From Vicugna vicugna (lineage: Eukaryota): a DNA stretch of 64,000 bases. Below the pieces are notes generated by a model. That model saw only the letters and a list, made by a program, of their open reading frames with translations, made no database searches and was not told the origin of the DNA. Location: the NCBI GenBank assembly GCA_013265495.1, contig MU058213.1:5725149-5789148 (forward strand), in the 5' to 3' direction. A program made the position numbers and the translations under genes. Below, piece by piece: positions 1-13,064 of this stretch (positions are counted from its first letter, which is position 1; each line of letters starts with the position of its first letter).

Positions 1-1486
1 GTCAAAATTAGAGATAAAGAAGAAAAGTGAAAAAATATAATTTTTAGATGGTACGATTTACTAGATAGAAAACTTAAGCTATCTGGCACAACATACATTC
101 AGCAGAACATAAGTCTGAGATCCCCACTATCAGATTTTTTTCTTTGAACACACTGTCTTTCATACTAGATAAGTATACCAGTTTTCAACTTTTTCTTATT
201 AGAGATAACCAGAAAAAAGAAAATAAGAACTGGATCTGAGCTGAAATCAGGGAAGTAAAAGGACCAAAAAACATAAGCTACTTGAAGTCAGAGAACTGTC
301 AATGTCAGAAGGATGATCTGAATCCTTATGTGATTCCAAGCCTGTATTCCTTCTACTTTACCATAGTGCCAGAGGCACCTTTAGCTTAACAGGTATTTTT
401 TTTATAATACATCATACACCAAGCATAGGAGTATAAAAATGAGTAATGTACCACATTTTTAGGAGACCTAATCAATTGTCCAATTATTTGGTTTAAAACT
501 TAGGTCTCCTAAATCCAACTTCAATAATTCTCCCACTACACAGTCATTACATATCTAAAAATCACATTTTAACATACAAAGTATTCTTCTTCTTTATATG
601 TAATAAACACCGTTTTAATGCTAGAGATAATTCCAAAAGTTTTACTGTAAATTTTTACTACAATAGTACCAAAAAGGGCTGCCAACCCACACAGATGACT
701 ATTTCTGTGTGTGCTTTAAAGGTATCCTCAGTCCTGAACACATACAAAATATGTGAAAAATAATTTAGGAGCAGTGGAGGAGGAGGAGCTGAGTTCTAAG
801 CCAATTTCCAAAGCAAACTTACTCACTTCACATATAGCACCTTCTCAAACACATCACTTGCACATTTCCTACTGATATTTTTCATGTAAATACTTATAAA
901 TATTTAAATGACTTAAGACAATTAACTCTCACCAATCTTTTTCAAAAATTTCAGGTAATTCAACATCTGTACAACTGGGGAAAATGTGGGCTGAAAAGTT
1001 ATATAGTTCAATAGATTTATGTTCGATGAACATCCATAATCATTAATAAATCTGCAAAAGACTCTGTATCTGATCTTACCCTGTTCAACATTTCCTATCA
1101 CGGACAAGATGAAGACCCAGAAATTATACTGAAACATCAAAAAAAACCTTCAGAAAATCATCCATTTCTCTTTTACCTCTTCTGTTCGGCAAAGTAGAAC
1201 CCACAGCAGGGTATCTGTCATACTGAGACAAGGGGGAAGCATAAAAAGCAAGCAGGGCTTTCCAAAACAACCTCAGGAAAAAGTCTCCTGGCAATGCTCT
1301 AATCATATGGACCAAAGGAGGAAGTAACCCATCCAGGACATTACCAGGGAGCAGAGTGAAACGGAATGACTTCCATCACCTACCAACCAAATCTATGAAT
1401 GACACACATGTGGAGATCCTGATCACTTCAGAAGAAAACAATACCCAGGGATATTTGACTTTAAAAATCATTCTTCAGATAAAACA

Positions 1487-1682
1487 CACTTTACCCTTGA
1501 ACAACGTGGGGGGCAGTTAATCCACACATAACTCATAGTTGGCCCTCGATATCCACAGTTCCTCCGCATCTGCAGATTTGAACAACCAGAGACTGTGTAC
1601 TACTGTAGAATTTACTGTTGAAAAATATCTGTGTATCAGTGGACCCATGCAGTTCAAACTCACATTGTTCAAGGGTTGAGTA
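1487..1682. mobile_element. TcMar-Tigger (Tigger2-like) non-autonomous DNA transposon
   Basis: Inverted repeats ACCCTTGAACAA (1493-1504) and TTGTTCAAGGGT (1665-1676). The internal GGACCCATGCAGTTCAAAC is typical of Tigger2 ends. Confidence 0.75.
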
Positions 1683-1801
1683 CTTTCAGTATAAACAGGA
1701 AAGAAGTGACTTCCTCACAACACTGGTGACCTCTGACCAAGCAGAATGATGATCAAATCATTTTAAGATCAAGTTTCTTTATAAATAAAAATTACACTTA
1801 C

Positions 1802-2022
1802 CACAATCCATTCAGCAATGTTTTCATAGAGCTCTGGACTGAAAATTGCTTTTTTAAGCCTAGCTAGAGGACCATCGGCATCTACTAATCTGCACCGCAT
1901 GAAAACATCACAGTAGCCTCTAAAATCGTTGCATGGGGATCCAGGTTGCAGGGTGATGGTTCGACCAAGGAAGTACATGTTCCACTGCACAGACCCTGTA
2001 CTGGCACAAGTTGATGGCTCCA
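1802..2022 (-). CDS. ADAM10: ADAM10 exon 14 (221 bp), Cys-rich domain and stalk
   Basis: AG acceptor, GTAAGT donor. Encodes (M)[73 protein letters not shown]. Confidence 0.97.
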
Positions 2023-2491
2023 CTGGAAAAGAAGTGCCAAACATAAGCTGAAGACCAGATTTCTTATCGGGGTAGTTGGGAAGAGAAGGTGGTGGGGGGT
2101 GATGCCTAAAATCGTCACCGTGACGTTTATATAGACTTCGATTAGTTAGGCTGGTGAATACCACTGGTAATTCACCTTAAACATTACAATATAAACAAAC
2201 AACAGCAACTCCTGATGTAGTGCCTACAATGGCTTTAACACCTTTTAACAGGGTTTATATTAATTATTGCCACAACACTGGCAGGTTTTGTCTAGTTTAT
2301 CATTTTAAAAACACTGTAGGCACCATAATACTAGAAACACAATACAATGCTACATTTAAAAATTTCTCAAGAGGAACAGTTTTGCTGGAAATTATCTGTC
2401 CCAACTGTTTACCAAAGATTAACACTTAAATTTTAAGAGAAAATACGGTTTTTGAAACAGATTTTATACTCTTGTGTTTTAAAAGTCTTAC

Positions 2492-2600
2492 TCTTCTTCA
2501 TGCAGCAGACATGGCATAGCTCCTTATCATCTTTGCCATCAGAACTGGCACAGGTGCACTCCTCCAAGCCGTATTTCTCACAGATAGAACCTGCACATTG
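2492..2600 (-). CDS. ADAM10: ADAM10 exon 13 (109 bp), Cys-rich domain
   Basis: AG acceptor, GTAAGA donor. Encodes [36 protein letters not shown]. Confidence 0.97.
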
Positions 2601-3311
2601 CTGGGAGAAAAACAAAGGACCAACTACTTAATCCTTATACATCCCACCTCTTGTTCACAGTAATAGACAGATATAAGCCTCCAATGCTAAAATAATTAAG
2701 TAAAAGCACATGTAGGGGCAAAAAAAGCATAGATTAGTATCAGAAATGGACCATATAAATACACCTGAAAAAGTAAGCGCAAATAAGATAGTAAGTCTTC
2801 AAAGAAATGGTAACTTAAAAATCTAAACAAAACAAAAATGGAGGAAGAGATTAGATGAGCATCAACTTTATGCTGGTTATTATGGCTTCTTTCTAAGAAG
2901 CGAAAAACGAAATTTTCCTCATGTAGAAGAAAGTGATTATTTAGCCAAGAAAGTCTTAAAGACTTCACATTCAGAGGGAATGTTCTTCTATTTAGGCTGT
3001 TAAATATTAACTTATAAAACTTAAAAGCAGTACGAAGTCACATGCCTAGTTATAGAACTGTATTTCTCCAGAGAACACCAAACGCAAGTGGTAGAAAGAT
3101 GAAAGACAAAGTCAACAACTAACGGAATGCCACCAGGCACTTCAGCCATGCAGTGCATTCATGGCTTTGTGAGGAAACAGACAGGGATATCATTGAAACA
3201 GGAACCAAGATTAATTACTTTTACCATGTAGTTTTAAGTGTCAACAATTATGATTCTGAAAAAGCAGGTTTCATAAAACTAATTTCAAAACATATGAAAT
3301 TAAATGCTTAC

Positions 3312-3495
3312 CCCATTAATGCACACTTGTGTATGTCTATTACAGTCCGTAAAGTTTGGTTTAGGATCAGACGCTGGGCAGAGAGCTGTATTGCCATTAC
3401 ACATTCCTTCTTTTGCGCAGTCTGAATCATCCCGACACTTCTCAGTTTTTGACTTGAATGCACACTGTGCTGTACAACAGGGACCTTGACTTGGA
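3312..3495 (-). CDS. ADAM10: ADAM10 exon 12 (184 bp), disintegrin domain
   Basis: AG acceptor, GTAAGC donor. Encodes (S)[61 protein letters not shown]. Confidence 0.97.
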
Positions 3496-4301
3496 CTAGA
3501 AAAACATTTAGGTGATTAAGGAAAATTGCTGGGATATTTCCTATATATATAGATACGGTCCTAATTTTTATATCATAGATCTCATCTTTTAAATGGTAAG
3601 TATGCTACTATTATACAACTTCAAATATTGGAATAAGAAGCTACTAAATTGCAACGTCCTAGTAAGTGCAGAAAGTGATTAAGTATCTTGTTTTAATAAT
3701 AAAGGCATACTATACTTAGTATTCTTATTCTATTTGCCTTTAGTAAAAGGCTATAATGGAAAATGGATTAAATATGAGGCAAGTTATCACTGTTTTTCAT
3801 AGATACACCATACATTGGTCAATTTATCAATTTCTCATATTTATATGCTAAAATCAAACTCGGATACACAGAACAAGTATTTTAAAAGTACTGGACAAAC
3901 AATATTCTAGTGCTTTTATCTATCACTACCAAAATAATTTGACAAGTGAAATAATTATATGACACTAAGTTACAAGAGTGTATAGAATCCACCTTACCTA
4001 AATATTTAACATTAAGGTTCTAAAAATATGAACTAAAGTCACATTTTTTAAGTTAGGAATTAAATAACATGTATTTTATTCAGTGTCCTTTGCATGTCCT
4101 TTTTTAACACCCAATACACAATTACAAGTACTTCAATCTGCCAGTATCAGTGCACTAAATCATGCTCCTCCAGAAAAATAAAACAACAACAAACAAAAAC
4201 AAAGTTCCAAAACCATATGCATCTCTTAATCTCAGTTTTAAGTTTGTCATAACTGCCTTCAGATGGAAAGAACAGTAACATTGCTGGGATTAGCAAGGTA
4301 C

Positions 4302-4452
4302 CTGCACTGCTTTCCAGGTCTCAGCTTGCATTTCTTCCCCTCAGGTTGGTTTGCATCATAGCAGCACTCATCTTTACACTGGTCACTGTAGCCACAATCA
4401 CATTCTTCACCTTGCTCTACCATTCCATTTCCACAAATAGGTTGGCCAGATT
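4302..4452 (-). CDS. ADAM10: ADAM10 exon 11 (151 bp), disintegrin domain
   Basis: AG acceptor, GTACCT donor. Encodes (E)[49 protein letters not shown]. Confidence 0.96.
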
Positions 4453-4584
4453 CTGAAGAAAATAAACAAGACAAAGTAAGCACTGTATGCAACATTAATT
4501 TTATTTAAAATTCACAAACTCTTTAGTGCTTCAAACAAAAGGAGAAAGAAAAACTTTGAAGAATCTAAGAAAAGCAGAACAAAC

Positions 4585-4740
4585 CTGGAATCTGGAAACT
4601 GGAGATCTAACAGTGGCTCGGTCACTAACAAACAATGTGGCCTTAGGAAAGTCACTTTCCTTTCTGGGGGGGCCTCAGTTTTTTAATCTGTACAGTGAGG
4701 AAATTTGACCTCATGGTCCTTGCTAAGATCCCTTCTAGAC
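4585..4740 (+). mobile_element. MIR SINE fragment
   Basis: Resembles the MIR core: TGTGGCCTTAGGAAAGTCACTT...GGCCTCAGTTTTTTAATCTGTACAGTGAGG. Confidence 0.65.
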
Positions 4741-6529
4741 GTGGTAGCATTTTATTTAGGCCATGCCACACTGAGCTTTATTGAACAATGACTGCACTAT
4801 TTATAGCACATAAATACAAAGTAAGTTAGTGCTTCAGCAGGCAGAAAAAAATTAAACCTCTTATGTTAGAAAATTCCAAATATATAAAGAAGTAATAAAA
4901 GAGTAAGTACAGTGAGCTCCCAAGTACCAATCACTTAGCTTTAACAATTACCAACAATGTGCTGTAAACAACTTCATCTACTATATTCATGTGTTCTTAC
5001 AAATATTTCAGGATGAATCTAAGAGATAAGGAGTTCTTTTTAAATATAACCATAATACGATTACTACATTAAAAAAATTAATAATATGCAAAGTAGTATC
5101 TAATAGCCAATCCATTTTCAATTTTCCTCATTGCTTTCCTTACAATTGATTTATTTGAACCAAGTTCCGCACAAGCTTCCCCCAACCTCTCTTCCCATGG
5201 TTGCTTTTTGCTGACATGTATCTTAAACTCTTTTAATATATAACAGATTCCCTCCTCTCTTTTAATTTTTACACTACTTATCTGCTAAAGAAATTGGGTC
5301 ATTTTGTCCTACGGAATTTCCCACATTCTATTTGGCTGACTGAATCCCAGTCAATAAGTATTTTTTTTAATATATTTTAGTTTTGCTCCTCAGCTAGACC
5401 AAGCTCCTTAAGGGAAGAACCATGTATTATTTATACGTTTTGTGTTTCTGCAGTCTAACAATATCAGGTCAAATCTTAGCTCATTAAGGTTAGACTGTCT
5501 GGACTAATAAGCATAGTGAATAATTTCAGAAAGGCTCTTTTTTTTTTTGAGTTCTTTGATTTTGTCAGTGAAGTTTAAAATTGGAACAGGAATGGTGCTC
5601 TTAGTAAGAACATAAAATCACAAACGCTAGCATCTGCAGGGCAATGATAAGAATCAGATGTCTTCATTTTATAGAAAAGAAAACTAACTTTCAGAGATTT
5701 TGCGACTTGCTGGAAACCATATGCCTTACCTAGTATGAGCAAAACACAAACCCAGGCCCCCTAGATCTAAAATCTGGTGTATCTTTTCTTTCTGCTACAC
5801 CAAATCAATGTGGAAAACAGCTGTAGCACAGGCTTCAAACTGAGAACTGAGTAAGCAGAAGAGAATCTATCTCAAAGCAGGAACCCAAAACCAGGCACAC
5901 CTGAATGAAAAATATTCTAGAACAGCTAGCTTTATATTAATAAAGTTCAATCTTATCAAATATTAAAGCAGATTTTAGTGGTAACTGAAGCTTCATCCCT
6001 CTTTTGTTCCAAACCATCTCCTTTGTTCTCTAAAACTAGAAACATGCACGTGCACATAGACACTAAGTAAATAATGATGGGCTTTCTAAAGTCTAGTAAT
6101 AATCATTTTATAATTCATGTGACATGTAATTTAGGAGAAAAGGAAAAATGATAAAAGTCAGAAAATCTTTCATGCAATATTTACTACATGTTCATTTTCA
6201 TCTCATATAGAAATATTACTTGGAATCAGCTATTTGCTAACAATTTAAACACAGAGAAAAGGTGCTGTCTAAATGCAAAACTTATAACAGGTACATACTT
6301 TATTATAATTTAAGAAACAAATTTCTTTCCCATAATACCTACAAAGCAATATGCTCATTTTAAAAGTCATTTTCAGAAAGTTTATTGTAAAAACCCAGTT
6401 TACAAGTGAAAAAATCTATGTAACGCTTCTACATTAAGAAGATTTAGAAAAACTACCACTGATAAAAACAGTAAAAATGGTAACATCAATGTAATTTAAT
6501 CTGCCCCTTTAAAAGAAAAAGAAGGCTTT

Positions 6530-9085
6530 AAAACAAAAAGTCAATCAATAAAAGTAAAAACTGATCATATGAACCTCATCAAAATTTAACTTTTGCTCTG
6601 TGAAGAGATTGAAAAGATAAGCTACAGACAGAAAGAGAATATATGCAGTCCAGTATCTGACAAATAACTAGCATCTAGACTATAAAGAACTTTCAAAACC
6701 CAACAGAAAAAAAAAAAACAAAACCCAAAACCTCAATGGCCAAGAAACATGGATGTCTCACCAAAAAAGATAAACAAATGGCAAATAAGCACATGAAAAG
6801 ATAGTCAACATTATTAGTCATCAGAAAATACAAATTAAAACTATAATGATACCCTATCACAATGGATAAAATAAAAATAATTAAAAAACCAAAAGCTAAC
6901 AAGGAGACAGAGAAATTAGATCACTCACACACTGCTGGTAGGAATGTAAAACAGTACAGCCAGTCTGTACAACAGGTCAGCAGTCTCATATAAATAAAAA
7001 TAATTACCAAATGATGGGCTGGCCTGTTAGATTTGGGGGAATTTACCCCAGAAAAATGAAAACTTATATTCCCATGAAAACCCTGTCTATAGCTGCTTTA
7101 TTCCTAACAACCAAAAATTGAAAATTGCCCAGATATCCTTTAATAAATGAATGGTTAAACAAACTGTGGTACATACATAACACCTGCAATAAACAGGAAC
7201 AAACTAGTGACACAGGCAACAATTTGGATTAATTTTCAAGGAATCATGCTGAGTGAAAAAAGCCACTCCCAAAGGTTACAGCTTGTACGATTCCATATAT
7301 ATATATAACATTTTTGAAGTGACAACATTTTAGAAACGGAGAACAATTTAGTTGGGCAGGTGAGGGAACAGCAGGAAGTGGATGTGATTATAAAAAGGCA
7401 ACATGGAGAGTTTCTTGTGGTGATGGAATTGTTCTTTATCATGACTGTAGTTATTGGTATATAAACCTACACGTGATAAAACTGCAAAGAACTAAACACG
7501 CACAGAAAAGTGAAATGTGAATAAGATCTGTGGATAGTATCAATGTCAATATTCTCCTTGTAATATCGTACTATACAATTTTGCAAGGTGTTACCATTGG
7601 GGGGAACTGGGTGAAGGGTACATGCAATCTCTATCATTTCTTATAACTTATGTGAATCTAAATTCTCTCTATATAAATTTCAATTAAAAACAAAAGGCCA
7701 TAGTATTGTCAATTATACCTCAAAAAAAATGCAGCTAAAAAAATCAAAAAGCCATGCTTATCTGGAAATCTTCCTCAATTCTTTCTCCTTTGCTATCGTT
7801 ATGTTTAACTCATCTTTTAGAGTGTTGTTTATGTGCAAGGTGAGCAGGCCTGGGTGTTTGCCCTCAAGTAATTTATAATCTTGTGAAACAGGATAAGGAT
7901 CCCCCTAAAAATAATATAATATGAAATAGAATATTCAGAACATATTAAATGCCGCAAGAGAGGCAAAACAGATGAACAGATCAACAAAATGTGGTATATC
8001 CATATACTGGAATATTATTTCAAAAGAATGGCATTTGGATACATGCTACTACATGTATGAATCTTAAAAATATTATGCTAAGTGAAATGAACCAGAAACA
8101 AAGGGACAAATATTGTATTATCCCATTTATATGAGGTATCTAGAAAAGCCAAATTCACAGAGACACAAAACAGATTAGAGGTTACTAGGGGCTGGGGAGA
8201 AAGGGGAATAGGAGTTACTGCTTAATGGTTACGGAATTTCTTTTTGGAGTGATTTAAAAAGTCTGAAAATGGAAAGCAGTGATAGTTGCACACATTGTGA
8301 ATGTACTTAATACCACTGAATTGTACACTTCAAATTAGTTTAAATATAAATTTTATGTTATATATATTTTGCCACCAATAAAAAGTTCATAGCAACTTTG
8401 TTCATATTGGCCCAAACCTGAAAAGCCCGGGTGTTTACCAATGGGAGAGTGGATGAGCAAACTATGACGTATTCATGATAATGTACTTCGACTCAGCAGT
8501 AAAATGGTACAAATACTAATAATGAATCTCAAAATATTATGCGGAGTGAAAGCAGCCTTTCAAAGAAGGGTACAAACTGAATGATTCCATTTACATGAAA
8601 TAAAACAAGCAAAATTTATCTATGGTTTAATAGAATAGTGGTTGCCTGGGGTGGGGGTGGGATGGGGGCAGAGATTGAGGGGGAAGGGAAATCAAAGAAC
8701 CTTCTGGGATGATAGAACTGTTATGTATCTTGATATGTGCTTGGGTTACAAAAGTAAATGCATTTGTCAAAGCTCATCAAATGGTGAACTTAAGACTTGT
8801 ACATTTCACTTATGAAAAAATTTTTAAAAAGAACAATAAATAATCTTGAACTCTACTTATGTAGCGTAAAGTGTTTAGGAGTATACTGATATCCACAATC
8901 CACTTTAAATTGCAACCCCCACCTCAAAAAAAAAAATGGACCAAAGGATGGACAGACTGATTCATATGTGATAAAGCAAATGCATTAAGGTATTAACAAC
9001 TGTAAAATATAGGTGGCAGGTACAAAGGTATTTACTATACAACTCAAGTTTTCTGAATGTTTAAAAATATTCATAATAAATGTAG
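6530..9085 (+). mobile_element. Cluster of old L1 (L1M-type) ORF2-end and 3' UTR fragments
   Basis: Degenerate L1 motifs (CAAATGGCAAATAAGCACATGAAAAGAT, ATGAATGGTTAAACAAACTGTGGTACAT, ATGCTAAGTGAAA), with at least three separate 3' ends near 7690, 8385 and 9085. Confidence 0.8.
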
Positions 9086-9100
9086 AGAAAATATACATAC

Positions 9101-9284
9101 CAACAAAACAGTTGTTTCTCTTCTTCTCAAGAACCTGGCTTATATTTCTAATACTACAGAGTGAGAATTTATTGTTGTTAAGTTTGTCCCCGGATGTCGC
9201 TCTTGCATACATGATGTAATTGCCATTTTCTTTTTGTCCTAAATTCTTAGATTCTCCTGGAGTGCACTCTGTTCCAGAATCATG
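9101..9284 (-). CDS. ADAM10: ADAM10 exon 10 (184 bp), third Zn-ligand His and Met-turn
   Basis: AG acceptor, GTATGT donor. Encodes [61 protein letters not shown]. Confidence 0.97.
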
Positions 9285-10380
9285 CTGTCAAACAGAATAC
9301 AGAGTTACATAAACAGGAAGTAAAAAAAGGTTTTTAGGTCATCTGATTAAATGTAATTTTCTCATCAGAAGAACAATGAAGGTCCTACTTTAGAACAGAT
9401 TTTACAATTGTTTTAGACTGTCAGGCGGAAGATAACTTACTCTTTTAGGGACCACAGTCTTAGAAGGGAAGGAAAAATCAGTGATTTTGATTTTTTTTAA
9501 TTTACTCCAATTATTTCTTTTAGTTGGATTCCCAGAGGTAGAGTACACTGAGTTAAAAAGTCAAACATTTAAAGGTCTCGATATAAATTGCCAAACTGTC
9601 TGACAAAAGGACCATATTAATTTATGTTATGTAACAACGTGGATTAAGATTTCAATAGGCAGGTATGGGAAGGAATTGGCTTCCCAACAGAAGTAAAGTT
9701 TTAAAGGACTATAAATTATTTAATTTGACAGGGAAGGGGAGATAACACTGGAAATACACTTAAACTCAAATTATGGAAAACCCTAAATGCTAGGATAAGG
9801 AAACTGTATCAGCAATACCAGCAGATATTGGAAGTAAGGCTGCAGAAACATGTGACATAAACAGAATGATTAGAACTCTATCTAAACAAAGATTAATCTG
9901 GTAAGAGTAAACAAATATTAAAACCTTCATACTGAGAGGGAGGAACTTGTCTCATTTATTACAACTTCCCAGAAAAAGCTTATAAAGTAGTTAACAGAAG
10001 TCTGCAATAAACATTTGGGATAGGATAAATAAACATAAGGGATAAAGACAGATTTTAGTAAACATGTCAAAGGAGACAGGCTCAGGAGTTCATGGTCTGG
10101 CTGATCTCACTATTATATTACTTAATAAATATTTACTAAGCACCTACTGTCTTTATGTACAGTAGCATGAACAACATACACAAAAGAATGGGGAGTAAGC
10201 GAGCATGGGAGAATCATTAAAAGTAGTATGATAGGAAAAGATAGCAAGGTAGGCAAAAAATGTGAACCAATTTATCCATTAAACAATAAGCAAAAAGTAA
10301 TATAACTTTAATGTATTAAAATCACCTCTCAGGCAACCAGGTAGAGGATAGATTAGATGGGAGGTGAAAAAAGAATAGAC

Positions 10381-10545
10381 TAGATATTCTACTCCAAGTG
10401 TGGTCCACAGACCAGCAGCTCCAGTATCACCTGAGAGTCTCAGAAATGCAGAATCTTGGACCCTAGACTAAGGGCCACCAAAATGGAATCTGTATTTTGA
10501 GATCCTCAGGAATTTGTATGCACATTAAAATTTGAGAGGCCCTAG
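10381..10545. mobile_element. hAT-Charlie MER5-type element
   Basis: AAGTGTGGTCCACAGACCAGCAGC...AGAAATGCAGAATCT...TATGCACATTAAAATTTGAGA matches MER5A1/MER5B as I recall them. Confidence 0.7.
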
Positions 10546-11143
10546 ACTAAAGGAAAGAAGAGTAGTTAGAAGGGTCCTAAATTTCCCCTGGTAAGGATTG
10601 GATCAGGGGGACAGGGAGAGTAGAGGGGACATTTAACTGCCCTTGAAAATGCAAATTAACCATGAACAACAGTTCTCCAAAAATTCCATCTCAAAATTTC
10701 AATTACTCTTTTAAGAACAGATCACAAAAGCAGTCAAAAGGTGGGGAGATTAAGCACATTTTAAATACTTTATCCAAGAGTACTGATAATAATCTATCAA
10801 TTTTTGACTGGGGCTTAGGAAAAAGACTTCCAACTTAGAGAGTACCTTACTTACATTTTACAAAGTGGGGGGAAATTAGGTAAGCGCGTTTTAGAATTTT
10901 AAGCTATGAGTATACAATTTTTTCTAAAGTCATAAAAATTTCCATTTTTACATGATGTGATAAGGTACAAGTAAAATAAATTTATATACAGTTTTGAAAT
11001 ACAAATTTCCCAAACTTATTTTAATGAGCCCTACCAAAATCATAAAGACAGAATATCTTTCAGTATTTTGTACTTCTCTGTGTATTAACTTTAGGTCCCT
11101 TGAAAATCAATACAATGGACTGGGTATTAAATGATACCAAACA

Positions 11144-11247
11144 GGGCATACAGGGCATAGTGGGTCTAGGTCAGTGGTAGAGTACACGCTTAGCATGCAC
11201 GAGGTCCTGGGTTCAATCCATTATAAATAAATAAATAAATACATACC

Positions 11248-11287
<40 letters not shown>

Positions 11288-11318
11288 CATAAATAAATAA
11301 TAGGATTAAAAAATAAAA
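11144..11318 (+). mobile_element. tRNA-Ala-derived SINE (camelid vic-1-like) with (TAAA)n/(CA)n tail
   Basis: Head TCAGTGGTAGAGTACACGCTTAGCATGCACGAGGTCCTGGGTTCAATCC with Pol III A/B boxes. 16-bp TSD TAAATGATA[C/T]CAAACA at 11128-11143 and 11319-11334. Confidence 0.85.
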
Positions 11319-11514
11319 TAAATGATATCAAACAATTGCTAATTTTGTTAGGTATCATAACCATGTGGTGGTTATGGAAGCAATGTCTAATTTTTTAAGA
11401 GATGCATTCTGAAATATGTAAGGATGAACACATTTGTTTCTAATACCTTACAAAGAATAAGAAAGAAAAGCAGAAAGGGGACGTAACAAAATCTTGGTGA
11501 TCGCTGACTTTGAA

Positions 11515-11700
11515 TCAGAGGTTAGCAAATTGTAGCCTACACCTTATTTTTACATGGCCTAAGCTAAGAATGGTTTTTCTAAGTTTAAAAGATTGTAAAA
11601 CAAACAAAGAAAAATACACAACAGGGACCAATTGTTATCCCCTACAAAACCTAGAATGTTTACTAGTAGGCTCTTTACACGAAAAGTTTCCTGATTCCAG
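11515..11700. mobile_element. hAT-Charlie MER58-like element
   Basis: CAGAGGTTAGCAAAT...AGCTAAGAATGGTTTTT...CTTTACACGAAAAGTTT pattern. Confidence 0.55.
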
Positions 11701-11788
11701 TCCAGGATGATGAGCATGAGAGTTTGCTGTACTATTTTTCTCTGCTTCTGTGTATGTAATAAATTTTTCATACTGAAAGATTTTTTTT

Positions 11789-11902
11789 ATATAAAGGACA
11801 AAAGATTTTATTATTTTTTTCAGTCTTCTTTGGAATTTTTTTAATTGAAGTATAGTCAGTTACAATGTGTCAATTTCTGGTATACAGCATAATGTTCCAG
11901 TC

Positions 11903-11939
<37 letters not shown>

Positions 11940-13064
11940 TATATATATATTCATTTTCATATTTTTTCATTAAAGGTTATAACAATATACTGAATATAGT
12001 TCCCTGTGCTATATAGAAGAAATTTGTTTGGTATGTGTTTTTATATATAGAAGTTAATATTTGCAAATCTTGAACTCCTAAATTTATCCCTTCCCATCCT
12101 TCCCCAGTAATCATGAGATTGTTTACTATGTCTTCAAGTCTGTTTCTGTTTTGTAGATGAGTTCATTAGTGTCTTCTTTTCTTTTCTTAGATTCCATATA
12201 TGAGTGATAATCATATGGTATTTTTCTTTCTCTTTCTGGCTTACTCCACTTGGAGTAACATTCTCCAGGTCCATCCATGTTGCTATAAATGGCATTGTTT
12301 TATTCTTTTTAATGGCTGAGTACTACTCCATTGTATAACTATACCCCAACTTCTTTATCCAGTCGTCTGTCAATGGACATTTAGGCTGCTTCCGTATCTT
12401 GGCTATTGTGTGCAGTGCTGCTATGAACTTTGGGGTGCATGTATCTTTTTGAATTAGAGTTCCTTCTGGATATATGCCCAGGAGTGAGATGCCGGGATCA
12501 TATGGTAAGTCTATTTTTAGTTTTTTAAGGTATCTCCATACTGTTTTCCAAAATAGCTGAACCAAACTAAATTCCCACCAACAGTGTAGAAGGGTTCCCT
12601 TGTCTCTACACTTTCTTCAGCATTTATTGTTTGTGGACTTTTGAATGATGGCCATTCTGAGTGGTGTGAGGTATCACCTCATTGTAGTTTTGACTTGCAT
12701 TTCTCTGATAATTAGTGATATTGAGCATTTTTTCATGTGCCTATTGGCCATTTGTATGTCTTCATTGGAGAACTGCTTGTTTAGGTCTTCTGCCCATTTT
12801 TGGATTGGGTTTTTTTTGTTAATAAGTTGTATGAGCTGTTTATATATTCTGGAAATTAAACCTCTGTCAGTTGCATCATTTGCAAATATTTTCTCCCATT
12901 CCATAAGTTGCCATTTTGTTTTGCTTATGGTTTCATTTGTTGTGCAAAAGTTTATATATTTAATTGGGTCCTGTTTGTTTATTTTTGCTCATATTTCTAT
13001 TGCCTGGGTAGACTGCCCTAGGAGAACATTGCTAAGATTTATGTCAGAGAATGTTTTGCCTATT
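11789..13064 (-). mobile_element. Young 5'-truncated L1 (ORF2 C-terminus plus 3' UTR), sense to ADAM10
   Basis: ORF2 peptides [21 protein letters not shown] (12674..12904) and VQLFWKTVWRYLKKLKIDLPYDP (12323..12565). TSD ATACTGAAAGA[T/C]TTTTT starts at 11770 and 13065, with a TT/AAAA target. Confidence 0.93.
11904..11950. repeat. (TA)n(CA)n(TA)n microsatellite in the L1 3' UTR
   Basis: Read directly from the sequence. Confidence 0.9.

Noticed and set aside
815..870. Tandem donor-like GTGAGTAAGT on the minus strand as exon 15
   Set aside because: There is no credible acceptor and no transmembrane (AHWWAVLL-type) coding sequence.
3153..3489. Plus-strand ORFs overlapping exon 12 (also 9013..9219 and 22347..22607)
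   Set aside because: They are antisense shadows of ADAM10 coding exons.
8647..8690. G-quadruplex-like G-runs
   Set aside because: This is the ordinary G-rich tract of an L1 3' UTR.
11160..11220. tRNA-Ala(AGC) gene
   Set aside because: The acceptor stem is incomplete, and the A-rich tail, TSD and three similar copies show it is a SINE head.
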